A DNA stretch of 42,936 nt from a virus (IMGVR_UViG_3300009788_000165:1-42936); one strand, 5' to 3'; shown: positions 26,493 through 36,931, counted from the first letter of the stretch. Made by a program: numbers and translations. The notes: a model not told the origin generated them from the letters alone.

Positions 26493-26523
26493 TAAAGTTA
26501 CTACAATATTTTTATTATATCAA
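26493..26523 (-). promoter_or_regulatory. Candidate Bacteroidota primary-sigma promoter
   Basis: Minus strand reads TTG-N20-TAACTTTA, against the -33/-7 consensus TTG-N~19-21-TAnnTTTG (one mismatch). It sits in the only sizeable intergenic gap of the late module. Confidence 0.55.
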
Positions 26524-26542
26524 CATAAATATATAAAACTAT

Positions 26543-29500
26543 CTAACGCATCATCTTAGAAGGTTTATAATTTGTTGTTAGATTATATAATATTAATTCT
26601 TTATTTGATACATTAGTAAAGGATAACTCTACTTTTATCCAACTATTAACAAATTTTGGTTTATTAAGTGTATTAGCTCTTAATGTATTTATTCTCCAAG
26701 TTCTAAATCTTCTTATAATATTACTACCTGGAGTAAGAGTTATAGTTCCACTATCTTGATATTCATTGTATATCCTAATAGTATTAAAAGTTTCATATAA
26801 ATCTACTCCTACACTACTAGTAACATTAGTTAGTATTTCTAATACATCAAATACACTAATTATATTTTGTTGTGGTTTAGGATTAATTACCAATGTAAGT
26901 TTAGATGGACTTGCTGATGCACCATGATATCTACATAAATCTCCTTTATCATGTTCATGAAATTCTGTAGTAACATTTGTATTACTAGAAAACAATGTAT
27001 TTTGCATTTCATATATTTTATTAATAAATGGCATAGTAAAGAAATTACTAAAACATTTACTATATTCATCTAATACCAATACATAAGGAGTTGATCCATT
27101 TTTAATAACAAATAAAATTTCATTATTATTTTGATCAAAGACTCCTTGTATACCTTGAAAATTAGTTATAATTTGATCAAACCAACTATCCATACCATAT
27201 ACAAAAGAAACTGGTTCAATTCCACCAGAATATTTACTAATGGTTTTAAATCTATTATCATAAAAATACATATTACTTTTAGATACTACTAAAGCATCAT
27301 GAGAACTAATACCATTATGTTCTGATATATAATCAAACCTATCAAGAATACCAGTAGAACCTACATTTAAAGCTTCATCACCTCCACTTGCTACTAATTC
27401 TTTTTCTCCTACAGGAAACGTACCAAAAGCTCCTTCCTGCCAAAAAGTTAATCTATTTTTAAATGTTTTTAATCTATGAATATCCCCATATCTACTATCT
27501 ATATCTATATAATTACTTGATAAAAATTTTAACCAGCTATCAGCACTTTCTCCATTTATCTTAATATTTGATCTTCTTACTCTTGTTGTAAAAATTTCAG
27601 AACTCTGATAATCAAATGGCTTTGGTATATATGTGTATAAATCATTTAACCTCGAATAAGAATTATTATAAGTATATAATTTACTTAAAGTAATTCCTTG
27701 ATCTAAATCAACAAAACCATCTTCATGCATATTTCTAATAACAGTATCTATATCATAATTTGTAAGTTTATGATAACAATCATCATCTCTTAATGATAAA
27801 TTAACTTGAGTCTCTACTGGAAAATATATTACATTTGTAAAATCTGGATGTGTATCTTCATCTTTCATACTTCTTAAATAATCATACATTTGTATAAATG
27901 TATCACCATAATGACAAGTAATATTACCAACTGAATCTGTTAAATCTGAACAAGAAATATAACTATTTGCTGCTCTTGCTTCATCACTATTTCCACCATA
28001 TTGTACAGATAAATTTCTAATTAAATGTCCATATAAAATAGCTATATTATCAGTTCCTCCATGTGCTGCAATTGTTGGAGCAGATACTTTTATAAGTAGT
28101 GAAGTTCCTTGCATTCCTCTATTAATATTTCCACCACCACCATGATTAATTACATAATGTGTTACCCCTGTACCATCTAAATTATATACTGAATCTCCTA
28201 CTTTATTGGGAGTTGTTTTAACTTTATCAATTATACTTGCTGAAGGACAAGTTATATAATCTGAATAATAATAAGTTTGTTGTATAAATGCAAAAGTAGG
28301 CGAACTTATTGGAGTATATGATGTTGATACTCCTCCAGGATTAGTATAAGTTTTACGAGCATTTGATCCATGAGTTAATGAAGAAGTATATTCTATACTT
28401 TCTGCTAATTGATAATCATCAGAACCAAAATTAATTTCTGGAGATACAAAGTTAGGAAATTGTCTCCAATAGTTAGGAATACCTGGTCCACCAGGAATAT
28501 AATTATTTATATAATCATCTACTGTTGGAATAACATGTTGAAAATCTTTTACACTTCCTTCATCATTTGGAAAATCAAATATTCCAGAAGCTAATATACT
28601 TTTATTTTCTACACCCCTTTCCACATAAACAATTTTCCATTTTAATGGAACTCCTCCAACTGAAGGAAGATTTTTTACAACTGCTACAGGATAAATATAA
28701 GAAGCATTAATATGAGTAGTACTAGTTACATTAGCCATATCATATCCATCTTGTGCTCTTGGAATTCTTAAATCACAACTCCATTTAGTAAAAGCCTTTC
28801 TACCTTTCTCATCAAAAAATTGAATTCCATATCTATATACTTCACCTCTTTGCCAAGTAGTTTTAATACCAAAAGCAGCATCATCTATACTGGAAGTATC
28901 AAAAGAAAATTGTTTTAAAGAATCAAAATTAGTAACATCATAAGTACCTATTCGTTTATTTTCTGTAGTAAATGACCAATCTATATTTGTTCCAGATGCT
29001 CCATAAGTACTTCCATTAGATTGAAACTTATAAGTATCAAAATCTTCATTAACATCTTGTCCATATGTAGCTGGTGCACTACTATAACTCTTAGCTGTAG
29101 CATCCCAAGCATCTATACCTGTTTGTATATCAGTTGTAGTTTCATCTATATTTCCTAAAAATAATATGTTATTCTTTACTTCTATTGTTTCAGGAATAAG
29201 ATCAGGATATATAAATTGTATTTCATCTAAACCATAAGTACCAAATGATTGTCCATAATCAATAATATCAATACTGCTAGTACTATATGCTTGTTCTGTT
29301 ATAATTCTTACTGTAGGAGAAATATATAAATCTTCATATTGTATTGCTAATACTCTAATTCTAGTAAAGGATGTATCTAATCCAGCAATATTAAGTTTAA
29401 CTCCTCTATTAGTAATAGTATCCTTTTCAGTACCTCTTATAGTTACTAAAGATTCTCCAACTCCTATTGCAGTACTTACTGATATTAATTCTCCATTAGA

Positions 29501-30142
29501 AGTAAAAACTGTTTCTGCACCATTTGTTTTAAACAATTGATATACATAAGTATATTTACCAGCATACATAGTACCACCAGTATATCCTGTAAAAGAAATT
29601 TCACTAGTATCAAAAGTTGGAATTTGCTCAAAATCAGATGCATCTGTGTATACACCAGGAGTTTCTATATTCATATAACGTAATGAATGTAGACCATTAA
29701 TCCAATATATTTTTATTATATTTTCTGTTTCAATTCTAGTAACTCCTTTAATAGGATAATTAACATCAAATCCTAATTTATCACTAGTACCAGTGTCATC
29801 ATATAAATTAGTACCTATACTTTGTGCAACATCTGTTCCATCATGAATAAATTTATAAATATAACTAGCACTTGTAGAAGTATTGATTGTAAAAATAATT
29901 GTTTCTGTGGAAGTTATATCTAAAATTCCATTAATTACATGATTAGTAGGTATAGTAATTTTATAATTAGTTCCTAAAATATGATTAGATAAAGCTGTAG
30001 TAGCCTCACCTTCTTTGGAACGCAATCTTAAATTTTCTGCATGTAAATAATTAACATTAGTATAATTATTAAGGGATAAATCTTTATTCATCCCTTTTTT
30101 ATAAGTATTAATATGTTTGAAAGAGTTTCTACTTGCTACCAT
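26543..30142 (-). CDS. Tail muzzle / tail stabilisation protein (crAss-like)
   Basis: N-terminal YKKGMNKDLS...YLHAENLR, RGEVYRYGIQF, GESADSWLKF and C-terminal RRFRTWRI; size and position after the ring protein fit. Confidence 0.85.
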   Translation of the reverse strand: MVASRNSFKHINTYKKGMNKDLSLNNYTNVNYLHAENLRLRSKEGEATTALSNHILGTNYKITIPTNHVINGILDITSTETIIFTINTSTSASYIYKFIHDGTDVAQSIGTNLYDDTGTSDKLGFDVNYPIKGVTRIETENIIKIYWINGLHSLRYMNIETPGVYTDASDFEQIPTFDTSEISFTGYTGGTMYAGKYTYVYQLFKTNGAETVFTSNGELISVSTAIGVGESLVTIRGTEKDTITNRGVKLNIAGLDTSFTRIRVLAIQYEDLYISPTVRIITEQAYSTSSIDIIDYGQSFGTYGLDEIQFIYPDLIPETIEVKNNILFLGNIDETTTDIQTGIDAWDATAKSYSSAPATYGQDVNEDFDTYKFQSNGSTYGASGTNIDWSFTTENKRIGTYDVTNFDSLKQFSFDTSSIDDAAFGIKTTWQRGEVYRYGIQFFDEKGRKAFTKWSCDLRIPRAQDGYDMANVTSTTHINASYIYPVAVVKNLPSVGGVPLKWKIVYVERGVENKSILASGIFDFPNDEGSVKDFQHVIPTVDDYINNYIPGGPGIPNYWRQFPNFVSPEINFGSDDYQLAESIEYTSSLTHGSNARKTYTNPGGVSTSYTPISSPTFAFIQQTYYYSDYITCPSASIIDKVKTTPNKVGDSVYNLDGTGVTHYVINHGGGGNINRGMQGTSLLIKVSAPTIAAHGGTDNIAILYGHLIRNLSVQYGGNSDEARAANSYISCSDLTDSVGNITCHYGDTFIQMYDYLRSMKDEDTHPDFTNVIYFPVETQVNLSLRDDDCYHKLTNYDIDTVIRNMHEDGFVDLDQGITLSKLYTYNNSYSRLNDLYTYIPKPFDYQSSEIFTTRVRRSNIKINGESADSWLKFLSSNYIDIDSRYGDIHRLKTFKNRLTFWQEGAFGTFPVGEKELVASGGDEALNVGSTGILDRFDYISEHNGISSHDALVVSKSNMYFYDNRFKTISKYSGGIEPVSFVYGMDSWFDQIITNFQGIQGVFDQNNNEILFVIKNGSTPYVLVLDEYSKCFSNFFTMPFINKIYEMQNTLFSSNTNVTTEFHEHDKGDLCRYHGASASPSKLTLVINPKPQQNIISVFDVLEILTNVTSSVGVDLYETFNTIRIYNEYQDSGTITLTPGSNIIRRFRTWRINTLRANTLNKPKFVNSWIKVELSFTNVSNKELILYNLTTNYKPSKMMR

Positions 30143-30924
30143 GAGTGAGGAATATATTGTTCAGGATATCCCCAATCTATGAAATCATTTCCATATTGAT
30201 TCATATCTTGATTTATCCTCATAAATCTATTTTTAAATGCTTCCATTTCTGGAATACTATTTATTTTTAGCTGATTACTTGCTGCTTTTTTAAAATATAA
30301 ATATTTACTTTCAATATGATTATAAAGTCTTTCATTAATTTTTTGTTTAGCCCAAAGTTTAATACCAGCTCTTTCAAGAATTGTCCACTTAATTAATTCA
30401 ATAAGTTTTTCTATATCTGGAATTTTAGGAAATCCATTATTATCTAAAGGAAAAGCTTTATATGATAATTCTAATTGTCCTTCTTCCATACTAGTAATGA
30501 TTTCCCCATTTTGAATCATATACTTATCTACAACATTTAATGAACTTGTATTCTTTCTTGCTACAAAATCAAAATCATCATCCAATGATTCATCTACAGT
30601 AATATCATCTGTTATATCACTTAAAAAATAAGGATTAGAAGTAGGTATTAATTTTGTTTTTGTATCATAATTTCTTACACTATGATTTATAATCTCAACT
30701 AAATCTAAAGGTAATAAACCTCTGTAATTAATTATGTCTACAGGTTGAGGTCCTTCAATTCCATTTGTAACTCTAGTTATAAGTATAGAAGGATCATCAA
30801 GTCTGACAATAATATTCCAAACAAGTTCAGCAATCTTATATTTATCTAATATATTTTCAAAGTCTAGAATATCTCTAGCAGCTTCTAATATAAAGTCTAG
30901 TGTTACATATTTTCCTGTGTTCAT
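30136..30924 (-). CDS. Tail ring (tubular) protein
   Basis: YRGLLPLDL and LSYKAFPLDNNGFPKIPD motifs; directly upstream of the muzzle gene as in crAss-like phages. Confidence 0.8.
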   Translation of the reverse strand: MNTGKYVTLDFILEAARDILDFENILDKYKIAELVWNIIVRLDDPSILITRVTNGIEGPQPVDIINYRGLLPLDLVEIINHSVRNYDTKTKLIPTSNPYFLSDITDDITVDESLDDDFDFVARKNTSSLNVVDKYMIQNGEIITSMEEGQLELSYKAFPLDNNGFPKIPDIEKLIELIKWTILERAGIKLWAKQKINERLYNHIESKYLYFKKAASNQLKINSIPEMEAFKNRFMRINQDMNQYGNDFIDWGYPEQYIPHSW

Positions 30925-31238
30925 TATGATATCTCGTTAAAATCTATACTATCAGATACTAGTTCTTCTATAGCATCCATACTTTTTTGAAATTCATCAT
31001 CTTTAGTTGCTAATGGATTAGTTTTAGAAATAAATTCTTTTTCCCTATGTTGATATTCTTTTCCATTACCATCTTCTTTTGGAAAATCCCCATAAGCATT
31101 TAATCTAATAATATAACCATCATTGTCAGCTTCTCTAACTCTAATTTCTTTGGTAATTCCATTAACCTCTACAGACCTACTCCAAGTATCTCTTTCTTTT
31201 TTAGTATCAAATAAACTTTTTTCTGTTAATTCACCCAT
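30924..31238 (-). CDS. Hypothetical protein
   Basis: TAATG coupling to the ring gene. Confidence 0.75.
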   Translation of the reverse strand: MGELTEKSLFDTKKERDTWSRSVEVNGITKEIRVREADNDGYIIRLNAYGDFPKEDGNGKEYQHREKEFISKTNPLATKDDEFQKSMDAIEELVSDSIDFNEIS

Positions 31239-31259
31239 AATTATATAATTTTAATTTTA

Positions 31260-31799
31260 CTATTTTCTTGAATATTGATAATAATCAGTATTAAAATTAC
31301 CAAATGCATTTGATAATATCTGTCTATTTTCTCTAGTCATACCAAGACTATATATTGCTTGATTCTTTACTGTGCATGTAAACTTATCCCATTTCCATTT
31401 TACCTGATATCCATCAGTATGTTCATTTAAATGATATACTGGAACTTTATTTTTTATTTTTGCAATTTCATGTGCATCTTTATCTGGATAATCTCTAATC
31501 CATTTTGCCCAAGATGCTTTATAATTTATACTCAATCTATTTTTAATTACTGTACCATCTTCTTTTACAATAGGTTCAGACTTAATTTTTCTAGCATATA
31601 AAGAACCTAATCTAGCAGGTAAAGCAAAATCAACATTTCTAAATACAATTAATCTAATTATAATTTTTGCAATTTCTAACCACACACTTCTAAATGTTTT
31701 ATAATCTAAAGGTTTTTTAGCATTCTCTTGGTAATATTTATAAATATCTCTAATTCCATAATCAGGATGTATTTTATTTTTTCCTCTACCACAAAACAT
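31260..31799 (-). CDS. HU/IHF-like DNA-binding protein of the crAss tail module
   Basis: Helix followed by VDFALPARLGSLYARK (HU/IHF-like pattern), INYKAS and YHLNEHTDGY; conserved position between ring genes. Confidence 0.75.
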   Translation of the reverse strand: MFCGRGKNKIHPDYGIRDIYKYYQENAKKPLDYKTFRSVWLEIAKIIIRLIVFRNVDFALPARLGSLYARKIKSEPIVKEDGTVIKNRLSINYKASWAKWIRDYPDKDAHEIAKIKNKVPVYHLNEHTDGYQVKWKWDKFTCTVKNQAIYSLGMTRENRQILSNAFGNFNTDYYQYSRK

Positions 31800-31800
31800 A

Positions 31801-32505
31801 TTATCTTCTTCTTTGAGTTTGACTTTCTAATTCATGTTCACCATCATCTTTTTTATCAACTGGTGGATTTAATAATATTCCATATTTATCTCTAAGAATA
31901 CTTGTTACAATGTATCCCTTTAAATCTTCAGGAGTATAATAATTTTCATCACCTGTATATACTGTACTAGCTGCTGTTACTAAATAAGCTGCTTGTGGAT
32001 CAGCAAATACACCATTAATATTTAAATAATATAAACTTTTAAAATAATCTCCTTGTGAAAATAAATAAATATATCCACCATAAGGAAATGCAAATATTTC
32101 TTCACTATTAAATCTACCATATCCAGAACTTATAGCTGTCTGATAATTTGTTATAGTAAAAGAAGCATCTAATTTATCTGCTGGACCAATATGTAATAAT
32201 GTACCTTCATATCCTCTTCTACGTACAGTATTAGGAATAACTTTTGTAGTTCTCATAAAATATCTCTCTGATGGAGCACCAACTATAGTAGATGAATCTA
32301 CTTTTTCAAGAGCTAATCCTTCTAAAGATTGTATAAATGAATTATCAATATCAAAAGGGTTTTTATTAAAACGTTGCATACAAAAATCAGCCCTGTAATC
32401 CTTTACATATGATTCGAGTTGTCTTATATCAATATCTTCATCGTCACTAACATGTGACCTAAGTAATTCAAGTAAATCAAAAACTAACTTATTCCTTGTT
32501 ACCAT
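31801..32505 (-). CDS. Tail ring / structural protein
   Basis: SDD...YRA N-terminus and INGVFADP; syntenic with the second crAss ring protein. Confidence 0.7.
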   Translation of the reverse strand: MVTRNKLVFDLLELLRSHVSDDEDIDIRQLESYVKDYRADFCMQRFNKNPFDIDNSFIQSLEGLALEKVDSSTIVGAPSERYFMRTTKVIPNTVRRRGYEGTLLHIGPADKLDASFTITNYQTAISSGYGRFNSEEIFAFPYGGYIYLFSQGDYFKSLYYLNINGVFADPQAAYLVTAASTVYTGDENYYTPEDLKGYIVTSILRDKYGILLNPPVDKKDDGEHELESQTQRRR

Positions 32506-33083
32506 ATCTTTAATTTTTTTATATCTATAAATCCTTTAACCTCAAAATTACTTCTAAATGGATCATACCCTGCTTCAAAGATATAACCTTTTTTGGATTT
32601 AAACAATAAGTTAGCTGTTAATTCATCCTTACCAGTTCCTAAACCAACATAGAGTTCATTCTGAGAGTATATATTTGTTGTATTATTAATAATTGATGGT
32701 ATCCTATTAAAATTAGTAAAGCTCTTATATTTTGGCTTATTTTGACTTATTTCATAATCTAATATTGCTAAAGCAGAACTATCATTTTGTAAAGTATCTT
32801 TATGAAAATAAACAGAATGATAATCAGTATATAATTTTAAATAAGCTTCAGTTATAGCAGCACTATCAACTGGTAATTTTATTGTATCTATTTTAATAGT
32901 TTCAACATAATATGCTTCCCATACAGTATTAGTTTTAAATTTAATTATTGTTGTATCATTCCAAACAGTATCACTAGTATGTGTAGATACATTTACTACA
33001 GTAGGAAAAAATCTATGTTGTAAAAATATAACAACCCCTACTACGACTAATATGGTTATAATATTAATGATTAATTTCTTCAT
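32499..33083 (-). CDS. Membrane-anchored spanin-like lysis protein
   Basis: N-terminal TM, repeated DT/DS motifs and a beta-rich C-terminus ending in W; follows the endolysin and holin. Confidence 0.55.
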   Translation of the reverse strand: MKKLIINIITILVVVGVVIFLQHRFFPTVVNVSTHTSDTVWNDTTIIKFKTNTVWEAYYVETIKIDTIKLPVDSAAITEAYLKLYTDYHSVYFHKDTLQNDSSALAILDYEISQNKPKYKSFTNFNRIPSIINNTTNIYSQNELYVGLGTGKDELTANLLFKSKKGYIFEAGYDPFRSNFEVKGFIDIKKLKIW

Positions 33084-33321
33084 CTTCTAATTTTTTCTTA
33101 GCAAAATTTTTAAGTAAACTCCATCCTTGAGAACCAGCTTTTTTAAGAGTTATATATATTAATATTATTCCAAATAGAAGTACTGCTCCTAATGGAATTA
33201 ATAATTTAAAATTAAGTTCTTCAGCAAATAAAACTTCTTTAACAATTCTAAAACCAGATGAAGCTACCATAAGCCATCCAACAATATCTAATAATAGATC
33301 TCCATACTTTTTTATAGGCAT
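33064..33321 (-). CDS. Putative holin (2 TM)
   Basis: 85 aa with two hydrophobic helices and a charged C-terminal tail; adjacent to the endolysin. Confidence 0.65.
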   Translation of the reverse strand: MPIKKYGDLLLDIVGWLMVASSGFRIVKEVLFAEELNFKLLIPLGAVLLFGIILIYITLKKAGSQGWSLLKNFAKKKLEDEEINH

Positions 33322-33326
33322 TTTAA

Positions 33327-33836
33327 TTATTTTTTAAATTTATTTATTAATTGTTTTAGTCTTTCTTCTGTATAATATTCATAATGAGTTTCCTCTTTGT
33401 CTACGTACATTATTAATATCTCATTTCTGTTCTTTTCAGGACTAATGTAACTACAATGTATCCACTGTATTCTACCATCTTGCAATCCTTCCAATATCAT
33501 CTGATCCCAATCTAAATGATTTTTAATATAATTAAATATTATTTCGTTAGTGGTATTACCATAAATATCAGCATCAATATCTCCAGCAGCTCCTTTATTA
33601 GCACAATGTTGAGAAGTATCACTTCCCCCAATAGCTTTATTTAATTCAGGGCTTCTGTAAATAGTATGACATCCTAATGGGGTATCTATGAAACTTCTTA
33701 CAGGATCAAATATACCTCTAGCCCATTCAATTATATTTTTTAATTGTCGTTCATTAGGTATATTCTTAATACCTTTTTTAGTAGCAGTATAAGATTTAGT
33801 TACTTCTTTATAAGATAAATATTTACTTATTTTCAT
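33327..33836 (-). CDS. Peptidase M15-family endolysin
   Basis: YRSPELNKAIGGSDTSQH...AGDI...DQMILE...WIHCSY supplies the Zn ligands H, D, H. Confidence 0.92.
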   Translation of the reverse strand: MKISKYLSYKEVTKSYTATKKGIKNIPNERQLKNIIEWARGIFDPVRSFIDTPLGCHTIYRSPELNKAIGGSDTSQHCANKGAAGDIDADIYGNTTNEIIFNYIKNHLDWDQMILEGLQDGRIQWIHCSYISPEKNRNEILIMYVDKEETHYEYYTEERLKQLINKFKK

Positions 33837-33837
33837 A

Positions 33838-36120
33838 TTAATCTATTTTACTATGAAACATTATCATATTTGCATATTCTACTAATGGAGTTCCAGTTAA
33901 TGAACTTGTTTCAAAATTCTGTGTAACTAAAAACATCTGTTTCTTTTCTAAACAGTTAAAGTTTATACCTATAGCTCCAAATCCTCCTGTTTTGTTATAC
34001 TTGGAATCTAAATCATAATAAGAAAAATTATCTCCATAATCTTCTGATTTAAATACATACATTGATGTTCTAATAGCTACAACAGTATTAGTTCCATCTG
34101 CTGTTTCAGTACCAACTGACATAAAAATACCACCTATTGCTACTCCTGGTTTTATACTATTATCAGTTGTAATAATTCTATAATAATTACCAGCAGTTAA
34201 TGTTCCACTACTAATAATTGCATCTGGAGTGATTAAATCTCCAATAGTCTTAGTCATAGTACAAATAACATCTATTAAACCATTTCCATAAGCAATTATT
34301 TTAAAATAAGAAGAAATAACTTCTCCAAATTCATCACCACTTCTAGCAATAGATGGAAGAATATCTTTCTTTATCCAAGCGTGAGTAGCTATGTCATAAT
34401 AATATAAATATATATTTAAATATACATTTCTTTGACCCGTACCACCTGTATCTGTATAATAAGCTGCCATAGTATATGGAATTCCATCTGGATCTATTGC
34501 TCCATTACTACTAAATAATGCAGTATTAACTGGATCAGCAATTGGTCCATCTACTAAATAATTTGTATCCAAATCTGAAGCATCTAATATACCACTTACA
34601 GCTACATCATGAGAATATCCAGTACCTTCTACATATTCTCTAGCATTTTGCCATATATTACCATCATCTGAATGCATAAACATTATTGATTCATAATTTC
34701 CACCTACTCCAATATCAGGATTTAAAATTATATTTATCCCTTGAGCTAATGTACCTATAACTGACCTTGGATATGCAAAATATCCTGCTACATTATAACT
34801 TAGAATTTGTGTTTTTGTATTGAGCACATCTGTTAAACTTCTCCAAGTTGCCCCATCATCCTCACTTTTAAAAATAGCATTGTAATATTCATTTCCTGAA
34901 ATTCTTTCTCTACAGTACAAAAATAGAGTCCCATCAGCTATTTTAAATACTTGTGGATAAGCCAATTCATAACTTAATAATGCAATTTTAGTAAAAGCAC
35001 TTATATCTTCTACATTATCTGATCTCCAAATTTCCATAGGAGAATTATGTGTTCCTGCTGCTGGATTCAATTCTTCTTTAAAAAATAAAATATGTCCAGA
35101 ATCAGCTACTATTAATACTGGAAGATTATGTAAATCATCACTATCAGGATATGTTTCTGTAAATGTTTGTTCTTCTGCAAACATCTTTGTGTCTACATCA
35201 TAATATGTTATCCATGATCTACTTTCTCTACCCCCTCCTCTAACATTTCCAGCAGAATCTTTTCTTCCTTCAAAATATCCAAAATACACTCTTCTATAAG
35301 TTCCTTCAAAATAATAAGCTATTGGACTCATTGTACCAACTAACATATTTGAATTAAATAATCCTTTTTCATGAGTATCATAAAATTTTAAATTTTCATA
35401 TCCAAAGGTATCTCCAAATTTAGCAATTCTAAACCATAATCCAGTAAAATCTGATACTGATAATGTTTCTATTGGAGTAGCTGTATATAATATTGCTATA
35501 TAATCTCTAGCAGTAGAAAAAGTTTCTGTAAATCCAACTCCTGTTACATCATCAGCATATGCTACGTATATATTTTGTTTAGAATATAAATTATCAGTAT
35601 TTATTCCTACACTTATATCATCAATACTTGCTTCTAAAGAACCATTTGCGTTCTGTCCTAATCCATTCCCTGCTACATCAGAATTTATTTTTTCTTTAGT
35701 TACACCATCATCTTTTATACGTACTATATCACTGTTAATTTCTATTGTAGATTCGTCAGTATTAACTTCCAAAGATCCATCTCCTGCCTGTACAATACCT
35801 AATCCAGCTACATCTGGATTTATTTTTTCCTTAACAATTCCATCATCCTTAACTCTTAAAATGTCAGTATTAATTTCTATTGTTGAATCATCAACATTAA
35901 CTTCTAAAGAACCATCTACATTTTGTCCTAATCCATCACCAGCTACATCTGCGTTAATTTTATCTTTATCTACAGCATCATCAAGTATTTTAACTGTTGA
36001 CACTCCATCATCTTTTATACGAAGTACATCATCTACATATTCAATTGTAATGTTGTCTACATTAGCTATTGCTTCAAATACATTTCGCAATACATCTTCA
36101 GGCATTAATTTTCCACTCAT
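33838..36120 (-). CDS. Tail fibre/spike with repeat shaft and BNR/Asp-box beta-propeller
   Basis: Three 45-aa N-terminal repeats, a YVAYADD...DFTGLW module, and Asp-boxes SEDDGATW, SDDGNIW and SEDYGDNF. Confidence 0.75.
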   Translation of the reverse strand: MSGKLMPEDVLRNVFEAIANVDNITIEYVDDVLRIKDDGVSTVKILDDAVDKDKINADVAGDGLGQNVDGSLEVNVDDSTIEINTDILRVKDDGIVKEKINPDVAGLGIVQAGDGSLEVNTDESTIEINSDIVRIKDDGVTKEKINSDVAGNGLGQNANGSLEASIDDISVGINTDNLYSKQNIYVAYADDVTGVGFTETFSTARDYIAILYTATPIETLSVSDFTGLWFRIAKFGDTFGYENLKFYDTHEKGLFNSNMLVGTMSPIAYYFEGTYRRVYFGYFEGRKDSAGNVRGGGRESRSWITYYDVDTKMFAEEQTFTETYPDSDDLHNLPVLIVADSGHILFFKEELNPAAGTHNSPMEIWRSDNVEDISAFTKIALLSYELAYPQVFKIADGTLFLYCRERISGNEYYNAIFKSEDDGATWRSLTDVLNTKTQILSYNVAGYFAYPRSVIGTLAQGINIILNPDIGVGGNYESIMFMHSDDGNIWQNAREYVEGTGYSHDVAVSGILDASDLDTNYLVDGPIADPVNTALFSSNGAIDPDGIPYTMAAYYTDTGGTGQRNVYLNIYLYYYDIATHAWIKKDILPSIARSGDEFGEVISSYFKIIAYGNGLIDVICTMTKTIGDLITPDAIISSGTLTAGNYYRIITTDNSIKPGVAIGGIFMSVGTETADGTNTVVAIRTSMYVFKSEDYGDNFSYYDLDSKYNKTGGFGAIGINFNCLEKKQMFLVTQNFETSSLTGTPLVEYANMIMFHSKID
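35585..36030 (-). repeat. About three tandem 135-nt (45-aa) coding repeats
   Basis: Unit (L/V)R(I/V)KDDG..KEKIN.DVAG.G..Q..DGSLE...D...I.IN.D. Confidence 0.9.
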
Positions 36121-36122
36121 AT

Positions 36123-36398
36123 CTATATTACTTTAAAATCAACATACAGTTTTGTTCCCATTATATCATTCATTATATCTTGCCATTGAAGCATTTCGTC
36201 TTCATCAAAATAATTACGGTCATTATATTCAAATAATGTAATTATTAATACCATTTTAGATAAAATCCAATATTTTGTATCAAATTCATCTTGAATATTA
36301 ATTTTTCGAATTTTAGTTTTTCTAACTAATTTTGAAGCATAATCTTTAAAAGCAACGTATACAGCTACTCTATAAGTATCAAATTCTATACTAGTCAT
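36123..36398 (-). CDS. Putative small tail-hub/structural protein
   Basis: Helical 91-aa protein coupled to the 177-aa gene. Resembles the crAss tail-hub gene pair by position and size only. Confidence 0.5.
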   Translation of the reverse strand: MTSIEFDTYRVAVYVAFKDYASKLVRKTKIRKINIQDEFDTKYWILSKMVLIITLFEYNDRNYFDEDEMLQWQDIMNDIMGTKLYVDFKVI

Positions 36399-36931
36399 TA
36401 TTCTATCCTTTCTAAATAATCTATTAATTCAGTAACGGTAGTTTCATCAGATAAATACTCAGCAACATTTACAGCATACATTAAATTGTCTCTTCTTCTT
36501 ATTTCTTCCAATTTATTAAAATCTAAATTATAATTAAATGCTTTAACTCCTGTCAAAAGATTATATAAATCTGTATTAATATTTTGTTCTAATTGAGTTG
36601 TTACATAAAAAGTACCATTTTTAGTTTGTGTCCAAGGACCTCCTGTATAAGTATATGTAACTGTATATCTATAAATACCATTTGGCATTCCTGTACTAGG
36701 AAATCCAAAGTCATCTACAGCATCAAATTCTACAGCATCATTTAAAATATTATCTGTCTTTGGTGCTGCTAACAAAGATACTCCATCTGAATCTTTTACA
36801 TCAAGGCTAAATACATCTATATCTGCTTTTTCAGGATCTCCACCTTCACCCCAACCAGTTGAATCATCTCTCATAGTTAATGTTCCTGCATCTGAAGAAA
36901 CACTAAAATCTACATCTATTATTAAACTCAT
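36398..36931 (-). CDS. Putative tail-hub/structural protein
   Basis: Ig-like beta N-terminus (LTMRDDSTGW...PNGIYRYTVTY) followed by a helical C-terminus. Confidence 0.55.
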   Translation of the reverse strand: MSLIIDVDFSVSSDAGTLTMRDDSTGWGEGGDPEKADIDVFSLDVKDSDGVSLLAAPKTDNILNDAVEFDAVDDFGFPSTGMPNGIYRYTVTYTYTGGPWTQTKNGTFYVTTQLEQNINTDLYNLLTGVKAFNYNLDFNKLEEIRRRDNLMYAVNVAEYLSDETTVTELIDYLERIE

